Positions 19,715 to 26,812 of a stretch of DNA of 64,000 nt are shown in pieces. The DNA comes from an uncultured Myxococcales bacterium (lineage in GTDB: Bacteria; Myxococcota_A; UBA9042; CAZBRS01), in contig CAZBRS010000018.1 in assembly GCA_964494475.1 (NCBI GenBank), forward strand, positions 26,058 through 90,057. The letters run 5' to 3'. The position numbers and the translations under genes are program-made. Numbering within the stretch: position 1 is the first letter of the stretch; every line of letters starts with the position of its first letter. The notes under the pieces are model-generated. The model saw nothing but the letters and a program-made list of their open reading frames with translations. It was not told the DNA's origin and did not search any database.

Positions 19715-19716
19715 GG

Positions 19717-20686
19717 CTACCTCTCTCGTTCGCGATCGCCGTGATCTTGTGCATCACGTTGAGGTCCGGGCCGAGGGGGATCGTCGCTGAGGTAGCCCCC
19801 ATGCCGGTGCCCGCACAACTCGAAGAACCGCCCGCCGAGCTGCAGGTTGTTGCGCAGGATTCGTCCCCAGCTCGATTCGGGCGGGTACGTCTGCAGCAGA
19901 ATGTGGCGGATGTCGTCGGGGGCGCTCCAGATCTCGCCAAGGGTCGACATCTCGTCGATCCGGCCGAGGTGACACGCGCGCTTCAGCGCCGGAAAGCTCT
20001 CTTCGAGGTAGATCGCCGCCGACCAGTACACGTTCCCATCGCAGTCGACGACGGCGTCGTTGTGGAGGAGGAAGGGCGCGATGGGCTCTGCCGCGTTCAT
20101 CAACAGCGGCGGGGACTTCCTGGCGATCAGATCACCGATCTCCTGGAGAAAGCGGGACGCCTCGTCCTCCGACCACTCGATCCCGACGCGAAAGAAGATC
20201 TCGACCCGCGGCACTCCGGCGGCCGCCAGGGTGTTCATGGTGGCGTGCACCGTACCAAGGTCGGAGGGCGCGACCACGACGTTCACGCAGTGCCACACGC
20301 CGGCCTGTCGGAGCAGCGCCGAGCGCCGGGCGGCGACGTCCTGGCCGCAGGCGAGGTTCAGGAACACCTGCAGCCGCTCGGCCGGGAAGATCCCCAGCGT
20401 GTCGTCGTCGAGCCGGAGCCCGTTGGTCGCCAGCGCATAGCGCACCCGCTTGCCGGAGCCGAGGGCGCGGCGTTCGGCCAACGCCACGGCTTCGCGCACG
20501 AGATCCGGGCGCTCCAGGGGCTCGCCGCCGAAGAAGACCAGCGTGACCTCGGCCCCCTGCGACGTGAACAGGAGGTCGATCGATCGGACCAGGAGATCGG
20601 AGCCCATGTCCTCCGTGCGCTTGTCGACCCGGCAGTAGGCGCAGCGAAGAGCAACTCCTCGTGACCATGACCTGCAGGTGGCGCAT
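19717..20686 (-). pseudogene. Radical-SAM paralog with frame disruption inside the CxxxCxxC motif (pseudogene or sequence error)
   Basis: Frame A from ATG 20686 reads MRHLQVMVTRSC. The frame of ORF 19717..20607 continues LRCAYCRVDKRTEDMGSDLL...GGEPL. Relative to the plus-strand paralog (CSLRCSYC), two nt of one codon are missing near 20650. Confidence 0.6.
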
Positions 20687-20717
20687 GCCCGGACCGGGGT
20701 TCGGGTCTGGCGTCACG

Positions 20718-21407
20718 TTAGCCATCGGCTCGGCTCGTGCGTGGCCCGAAGGGTTCGGTCGGGTAGGCGTGCCGGCCGGACTTCCGCAGCATGACCACGG
20801 CCTCGAAGCGGTCGGGCGTCGGATCGGCGGCGGGGTCGACGTGGACGAGCCGGCAGGTCTCCACGTAGTCGGGATTCCACGAGAAGAGGCGCGAATAGTC
20901 CATCTTGTAGCTGAACATCCCTTCTCGTGGCAGGTAAGGGTTCTTGTAGGGGAACGGTGGGCAGAAGTCCGACACGACCATCGTCCCTCCGTCGCGCAGG
21001 CACCGGTCGGCTTCGCAGGCGATCTTGAAGAGGTGCCTTCGGTCAACCAGGTACAGGCAGAAGCCCAGGATGATCGTATCGAAGGACTCGTCCGGATACC
21101 CCAGGTCGTCGGCGGTGCCGATGCGAAGGTCCAGCTCGGGCCAGGTGGCCTTCCCGTCCTCGATGGCGATCGTCGACGGGTCAATCCCATGACACTCCGT
21201 CCCGAAGAGCGCGTGGATCCGGCTCAGTCGACAGCCGTTGCTGCAGCCCACCTCGAGGAGTCGGGCCGGACGGAGGGACATCGCCTGCAACGCCGAGACG
21301 ACGCGGTCGCTCTTCTTCATGAACGACTCGCGATTCTGGCGGAACCACCCATCGCCTTCGGACGCGAGGAAGAGGTCTCTCTGCAACGTGCTCTCGTGGG
21401 TCGTCAT
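20718..21407 (-). CDS. Class I SAM-dependent methyltransferase (resembles the methylase family of pseudaminic-acid/flagellin-glycosylation loci)
   Basis: Motif I LLEVGCSNG, post-I HGIDPS, DTIILGFCLYLV, tail FPYKNPYLPREGMFSYKMDY. RBS GGAGAGGGAAG. Confidence 0.8.
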   Translation of the reverse strand: MTTHESTLQRDLFLASEGDGWFRQNRESFMKKSDRVVSALQAMSLRPARLLEVGCSNGCRLSRIHALFGTECHGIDPSTIAIEDGKATWPELDLRIGTADDLGYPDESFDTIILGFCLYLVDRRHLFKIACEADRCLRDGGTMVVSDFCPPFPYKNPYLPREGMFSYKMDYSRLFSWNPDYVETCRLVHVDPAADPTPDRFEAVVMLRKSGRHAYPTEPFGPRTSRADG

Positions 21408-21485
21408 GGCCCCTGCTTCCCTCTCCGGCGGCCCGGTGCTTCCCCCGGTTCTCGCCGGCCGGGGTCACCTCCGCTGCTGTCCCCA

Positions 21486-21514
21486 ATGATGACGACGGGT
21501 GCGGAGAACGTCAA
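21486..21514 (-). promoter_or_regulatory. Weak sigma-70-like promoter candidate for the minus-strand operon (TTGACG-N17-CATCAT)
   Basis: Read on the minus strand within the 250-bp divergent intergenic region. Confidence 0.25.
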
Positions 21515-21634
21515 GCCACCCGCCCGCCGCGCAGGCCCGAGCCGCTCGTTCGGGAGGGAGGTCGCGTTCGACCGGGACGCCCGCGGGGTGAGTCGTCGGA
21601 GGGCCGCGCTTCGAGCCCGGCGGGGGCCCCGGCG

Positions 21635-21662
21635 TTGACTTCGACCAGGCCCAACGTATGCT
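21635..21662 (+). promoter_or_regulatory. Sigma-70-like promoter candidate (TTGACT-N16-TATGCT)
   Basis: If used, the first ATG (21658) lies inside the -10 element. The true start would then be ATG 21670, 21691 or 21727 (MYHLELMVTRSC, colinear with the paralog start). Confidence 0.3.
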
Positions 21663-24255
21663 CACGGCGATGTCTTTCCCGTGGAATCCGATGAAACGCG
21701 CGCCCGCGCCCGTGCCCGACAGGCAGATGTATCACCTGGAGCTCATGGTCACCCGGAGCTGCTCCCTGCGCTGCTCGTATTGCCAGGTCGATCGGCGCCA
21801 GGAGAGCATGTCTCCGGAGATCGTGCGGGCTTCGGTGGAGTTTCTGTTCACCGCGGGCGCCGGCGACCTCGAGCTGCTCTTCTACGGCGGAGAACCGCTC
21901 GAGCGGTTCGATCTCGTCCGCCTGGCCGTCGAGCTCGCCGAGCAGCGCTCCGCCGAAACGGGCAAGCGCGTGAGCTACATCCTGATCACGAATGGGCTCC
22001 GCCTCGATCAGCACGTCCTGCGGGCCTTTCCGGCCGACCGCCTGAAGGTCTACCTCAATCTCGTCGCCCCCATGCCCGCCAGGCAGGCGGAGGGCCCGGG
22101 CGCTGTGTTGCCCTCCGAGATCCGGGGTCGCGTGGCGATGCTCGAAGCCGCCGGCGTCTGGCAATGCGTGAACGTCGTGGCCGATCCGGCCGACCTCGAG
22201 CCCCTGCGCTGGGCGCTGGCTGCGTTGACCCAGGCCCGCGTGCCGCGGCTGCAGGTGTTCTTTCGACTGGGCGCCGAGTGGCCGGAGGAGGCCGAGGCCG
22301 CGTTCCTCGACGAGATCGGCCGCCTCGTGGCCGGCCCCGACGTGCCCAGATTCCTGAACGCCGAAGAGCGAATGGCCCCGTTTCTCCTGCACAACGACCC
22401 CGTGGTCGACTGCGACGGCAGCCTCCATTGGTCGGCCGCGATCTGGCTCGAGCAAGGGTTCCCCGAGCTCATGCAGAGCTGTCGCATCGGTCACGTGCGC
22501 GAGACCACCAGCTTCGACGAGGTCTGGGCCGAGCCCGACGACATCCGCCGGATCCTCCTCGAGACCTATCCCCCCCAGTCGCCCCAGGGCCGGATCCTTC
22601 ACAACAACGTGGCGCTCGCCGACCGCTTCTGCCGGGTATGTGCCGCGTCGCCAGCCGGATCGCCCCCCCTGCCGGCCGTGTCGCCGAATTCGGGCCACCC
22701 GGAGCGCCGGGCGTTCTTCCTGTGCAGCACGGAGGCCGGTTGCCCGGTCAACCTGTCGTTCACCATCCAGTTTCACAACTACATCACGGAGAACGAGTGG
22801 TCCTTCCGCGACGTCGAGTCGTCCGATACCATCGTCATCGTGAACTGCAGCACGCTGCCCGAGTATCGGCGCCGCGTGCCGCTCACGGTCGAGTATCTGG
22901 CGAAGCGCTATCCGTCGAAGACGATCCTCGTCACGGGTTGCTTCGTGAAGCACGACGTGGTCGAAGCCGACAACGTCATCTACGTGAAGATGTCGCGCAA
23001 GGACGACTTCGACGCGCTCTTCGGGGCGACCGTCCGGTTCAAGGACGTGTCGCCGATCTCGACGGCCGAGGCTGACACGAAGGTGCGCGCGCTCGACGCC
23101 GCGAAGAAGGGTGGCGTGCCCTACAACATATCCATTGCCACCGGCTGTACGAACAACTGCTCTTTCTGTATCCAGAAAACGATATTTACGACAATCGAAA
23201 GCGTGCCTGTTGATGCTGTAATTTCTGGCTTGTTGGATGGAATTGAAAAAGGGTATACGAATTTCGTGATCGGTGGTGCCGACATCTCGTCCTATGGTCA
23301 CGACCTCGGCATCGACGTGACCGACCTGTTCGAGGCCTTGTTCACCCGGGTGCTCCGCGCGAACCCCCGGCTGTCGATCGGATTCTGGGCGTTCGAACCC
23401 CGCGGGCTCCTGAAGCACTTCGAGGAACTGAAGGCCTACTTCGCCGAAGGCTTGATAAACTGGGTGCGAATTCCCGTTCAATCCGGCAGCGACAGCGTCC
23501 TGAAGAGCATGAACAGGAAGTACAAGGTAAGAGACGTTCTGGATGCTATAAACGAATTGCGCATCCTGTCTCCTGCCATGAGGATCGACACGGATCTGCT
23601 CTTCTGCTATCCGACCGAGACCGAGGCAGATTTCGAAGCGTCCCTCGGAATAATTGACTATTTCGACGCCACGAGCCTGATCGTCTTCGGCCGGCACGAG
23701 AACACCCGGGCCTTCGCGATGCAGGATGTGTTCTCGGCTGACGAGAAGGCGCGCCGGTGCGAGGTGCTCGAGTCGATTCGGGCGAAGCAGACCGCGGGCA
23801 AGGAGAGCCAGGCAAGCCAGGGCATCGAGATCCAGTTGCCGTCGGCGCAGGGCGCGTCTCGGTTCTTCGTTCTCCAGGAGTCTGACCTTCAGCGTCCGGC
23901 GCTCCAGACGCCGCGGCCTCCCGAAGCGCCGCGCCCCGAGGAGGTCGGCGCCGCTCCTGCCCCCGACGACGCCGACACGGCGCGCCTGCGCCGCGTGGGC
24001 GAACTGCTGGCCGGCAAGGGCATCGAGCTCCAGTGGGCCGAGGGGCGCCTGGACCTCGTCTTCCCGGATGACGCGCAACCCGACGGCACGTCCTGCGTGT
24101 CCGTGTCCAGGGTCTCCGACGGCGCGAACGTGTACGGCAAGAGCGGGGCCCTCGGCGTGTGGCACTCCGGGAGCCTCCTCACGCCACGCATCTCGAGGGT
24201 GCTCTCGGGCGTCCTGCAGCAGCTCGAGCGCCTGCGCAGCGAAGCGTCGGACTGA
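21658..24255 (+). CDS. Double radical-SAM fusion: radical-SAM paralog + MiaB/RimO-like methylthiotransferase module + novel C-terminal domain
   Basis: N-terminal part has CSLRCSYC + GGEPL, about 50% identical by eye to the minus-strand paralog. Middle part is UPF0004-like (IVIVNCS...VTGC) then IATGCTNNCSFC...IPVQSGSDSVLKSMNRKY. The last 95 aa are shared with the second U32 protein. Confidence 0.8.
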   Translation: MLTAMSFPWNPMKRAPAPVPDRQMYHLELMVTRSCSLRCSYCQVDRRQESMSPEIVRASVEFLFTAGAGDLELLFYGGEPLERFDLVRLAVELAEQRSAETGKRVSYILITNGLRLDQHVLRAFPADRLKVYLNLVAPMPARQAEGPGAVLPSEIRGRVAMLEAAGVWQCVNVVADPADLEPLRWALAALTQARVPRLQVFFRLGAEWPEEAEAAFLDEIGRLVAGPDVPRFLNAEERMAPFLLHNDPVVDCDGSLHWSAAIWLEQGFPELMQSCRIGHVRETTSFDEVWAEPDDIRRILLETYPPQSPQGRILHNNVALADRFCRVCAASPAGSPPLPAVSPNSGHPERRAFFLCSTEAGCPVNLSFTIQFHNYITENEWSFRDVESSDTIVIVNCSTLPEYRRRVPLTVEYLAKRYPSKTILVTGCFVKHDVVEADNVIYVKMSRKDDFDALFGATVRFKDVSPISTAEADTKVRALDAAKKGGVPYNISIATGCTNNCSFCIQKTIFTTIESVPVDAVISGLLDGIEKGYTNFVIGGADISSYGHDLGIDVTDLFEALFTRVLRANPRLSIGFWAFEPRGLLKHFEELKAYFAEGLINWVRIPVQSGSDSVLKSMNRKYKVRDVLDAINELRILSPAMRIDTDLLFCYPTETEADFEASLGIIDYFDATSLIVFGRHENTRAFAMQDVFSADEKARRCEVLESIRAKQTAGKESQASQGIEIQLPSAQGASRFFVLQESDLQRPALQTPRPPEAPRPEEVGAAPAPDDADTARLRRVGELLAGKGIELQWAEGRLDLVFPDDAQPDGTSCVSVSRVSDGANVYGKSGALGVWHSGSLLTPRISRVLSGVLQQLERLRSEASD
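23968..24252 (+). other. Shared C-terminal domain, copy 1
   Basis: RLRRVGELLAGKGIELQW...FPDDAQPDG...LGVWHSGSLLTPRISRVLSGVL. 39/81 identical, ungapped, to the copy at 26427..26684. Confidence 0.7.
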
Positions 24256-24297
24256 GCACGGCGGGCCACCGATGGTCGGGAGAATGGGGAGGACAGG

Positions 24298-25236
24298 GTG
24301 ACATCGTCACGGACGCTGCCGGCAGGAGCCACGCGCGCTGCGCCCGGGCCCGTCGCCCCCCGACTGCCGGCGGGCGAGGATGCCGGAGCGCGGCCGGAGT
24401 GGGCGATCGCCGCGGGGGTCCCCGAGATCCAGGCGGCGGAGGCCTCGGGCGACCTGCAGCCCGCCGAGAGAGGATGGTCGGCGACCCTGTACAGCGGCGA
24501 ACCGGTGGTCTTTCAGCGGCTCTACGCCGGGGAGGAGTTCTGTCGCCACCTGATCCCCGGTCGCACGCGATGGCGATCGCTCCTGGCCCTGGCCGAACGG
24601 CGCGGCGTGCCCGTCACCCTGACGACCCCGCCCGCGACCGAGGACGACCTGGCCCGTCTCTCCGTGCTGTTCCGAATGCTCTCGGGGTCGCCGGGAGCCG
24701 AAGTCGTGGCCAACGACTGGGGCGTGCTGAGCCTCGTCCGGCGACGATTTCCCGACCTGCGTCCGCTCCTGGGGCGAGGCCTGCGTCGCCAGAGGAAGGA
24801 TCCACGATCCAAGGACCTCGCCCACCCGGGAGCCATGGCCCGGGAACTGCAGGACCTCCTCGCCCACCTTGGCGTCGATCGGGTCGAGGCCGACTGGTTG
24901 CCCGACGACGCGTCGCCCATCCCGCTGGTGATGCACGTGCCCTTCGCGTTCCTGGCCAGCGGCAGCCTGTGCGCCCTCAGCGGCTTGAATCGGCCCGTCT
25001 ACGAGAAGTTCCGCCCCGACCAGCCCTGCGCCGCGCCGTGCCGCGGGCTTCGGGCGCAGCTCCGCCACGCCGCGTTCAGCGCGCCGGTGCTGCTGAAGGG
25101 CAACACGCTGTTCGGTCAGAATGGCGTGGGCCTGGCCTCGGCCGCCCGCCCCGACGTCGCGCGCCTCGTGTACGACCTGGACACCGACGTGGAGCGGCGG
25201 TTCCTGAGGCCGACCCCCGAGGCCCGAAGACCATGA
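24298..25236 (+). CDS. U32-family protein, UbiV-like
   Basis: LYAGEEFC..., VVANDWGVL, HVPFAFLASGSLCALSG...DQPCAAPC, the four-Cys layout of U32 Fe-S proteins. GTG start with a GGAGG RBS. Confidence 0.7.
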   Translation: MTSSRTLPAGATRAAPGPVAPRLPAGEDAGARPEWAIAAGVPEIQAAEASGDLQPAERGWSATLYSGEPVVFQRLYAGEEFCRHLIPGRTRWRSLLALAERRGVPVTLTTPPATEDDLARLSVLFRMLSGSPGAEVVANDWGVLSLVRRRFPDLRPLLGRGLRRQRKDPRSKDLAHPGAMARELQDLLAHLGVDRVEADWLPDDASPIPLVMHVPFAFLASGSLCALSGLNRPVYEKFRPDQPCAAPCRGLRAQLRHAAFSAPVLLKGNTLFGQNGVGLASAARPDVARLVYDLDTDVERRFLRPTPEARRP

Positions 25237-26687
25237 AGATCGTAGCCGCCATAGCCACTTCCGCAGACGTGGAGCCCCTGATCGCGGCCGGCGCCGACGA
25301 GCTCTACTGCGGGGTCGTACCGGCCGGGCTCGGGCGCACGGAGGATGCCTGCCGGTTGAACCGTCGCTACAGCCCGAACGCGAACATCGGCAGCCTCGAC
25401 GACTTCGCCGCGCTCGTCGAGAGCGCGCGCGCCCGGGCCGTGCCGGTCTCGGTGACGCTGAACGAGCACGCGTACGACCCGGAGTTGATCCCGGCGCTGG
25501 TCGAGCTGGCGGGCAACCTGGCGGCGGCGGGCGCCCACGCGCTGATCGTGACGGATCTCGCGCTGATCCTGGCGATCCGACGGGCGGGAGTGGCGGTGGA
25601 CCTGCACCTCTCCAGCGTCGCCACCTGCTACAACTCCGAGGCCGCGAGGTTCTTCGCCGATCTCGGGATCCAACGCGTCATCCTTCCCAGGTACCTCTCG
25701 CCCCGGCAGATCTCCGTCCTCCGTGCAGCCGGCGCACCGGTCGACTACGAGGTCTTCGTCATGAACGACGGCTGCGGGTTCGAGGAGGGGCTTTGCATGA
25801 GCCTGCACCGGCCCCTCGGGCCCATGTGCCAGATGCCGTGGGACGCCGAGTTGGTGTCCGACGGGCCGATCTCGCCGGCGCTCGCCCAGGCCTGGGACGA
25901 GAACTGGAAGGCGTACCGGTGCTTGATGAATCTCCTGGACCACCCCGGCGGCACGGTCTCGCCCCAGGGCATTCCCAACGGCCCCTGCGGGGTGTGCGCG
26001 TTGCCGGCGTTGAAGGCGGCGGGCGTCGGCTACGTCAAGGTGCCCGGCCGGGAGTACCCGCCCGCGGTCCGATCCGGAGCGGTTCGGTTCGTGAAGACCG
26101 TCCTCGACGCGGTCGAGCGCGGAGAATCGTCCGAGGCCGTGCAGGGCCGGGCGCGGGCCCTGAAGGCCACGCCCCTGCTGTGCGACAGCACCCTGACGTG
26201 CTACTTCCGTGCGGGCATCCCGTCCGGTGGCTCGAACCCCGTCGTCGTTCCGGACCTCTCCCTGGCCGACCTCGCGGCCGCGGTTCGCTTCCAGCGTGGA
26301 GCGATGGGGGAGGCGTGCCGTCCAACGGGGGCGTGCAGCCCGGGTGCCCCGTCGGATTCCCCGACCGTGGAGGCAACTCCGCCGCCGCCGCCCGCCGCCG
26401 CCGTTCGCTCGACGCCGGACGTCGAGGGGCCCGACGCGACGCGCCTTCGACGAGTCGCGGACGCGCTGGGCGACAAGGGCATCGGCGTCCGGTGGATCGA
26501 CCGGGGGCTGGAGCTCTCCTTCCCCGACGACGCGCAACCCGGAGGCGCCTCCCGCGTCACGGTGGCCGCGATCGATCCGGCCACGCGCTGCTTCGCGACG
26601 AGCGGAGGCCTCGGGCTCTGGTATTCGGGGGGCGTCCTGACCCCGCGCGTGGCGCGGATGCTCAAGGGAATCCTGCGGCTGCTCTGA
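25233..26687 (+). CDS. U32-family protein, UbiU/RlhA/TrhP-like, with extra C-terminal domain
   Basis: AAGADELYCG, VSVTLNEHAY, HALIVTDLAL, RVILPRYLS, EVFVMNDGCGFEEGLCMSLHRPLGPMC. ATGA overlap with the upstream U32 gene. Confidence 0.8.
   Translation: MKIVAAIATSADVEPLIAAGADELYCGVVPAGLGRTEDACRLNRRYSPNANIGSLDDFAALVESARARAVPVSVTLNEHAYDPELIPALVELAGNLAAAGAHALIVTDLALILAIRRAGVAVDLHLSSVATCYNSEAARFFADLGIQRVILPRYLSPRQISVLRAAGAPVDYEVFVMNDGCGFEEGLCMSLHRPLGPMCQMPWDAELVSDGPISPALAQAWDENWKAYRCLMNLLDHPGGTVSPQGIPNGPCGVCALPALKAAGVGYVKVPGREYPPAVRSGAVRFVKTVLDAVERGESSEAVQGRARALKATPLLCDSTLTCYFRAGIPSGGSNPVVVPDLSLADLAAAVRFQRGAMGEACRPTGACSPGAPSDSPTVEATPPPPPAAAVRSTPDVEGPDATRLRRVADALGDKGIGVRWIDRGLELSFPDDAQPGGASRVTVAAIDPATRCFATSGGLGLWYSGGVLTPRVARMLKGILRLL
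26427..26684 (+). other. Shared C-terminal domain, copy 2
   Basis: RLRRVADALGDKGIGVRW...FPDDAQPGG...LGLWYSGGVLTPRVARMLKGIL. Confidence 0.7.
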
Positions 26688-26812
26688 CGCGACCGAGGGG
26701 CGGCCTTTCTCCGCCGCGCCGCGCGCCTTGAGATTCGAGCGCGGGCGCGCAGGCCCTTCCTCGGGCTCCCGACTCTTGGTAGAATCTTCGGGCGGATGAG
26801 GCGGTGGGTCGC

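Noticed and set aside
21408-21657. Search for a precursor-peptide or small substrate ORF in the divergent intergenic region of the radical-SAM cluster
   Set aside because: The listed ORFs here (21238..21489 +, 21181..21486 -, 21465..21665 -) overlap neighbouring genes, lack an RBS and have shadow-ORF composition. Nothing resembles a leader/core peptide.
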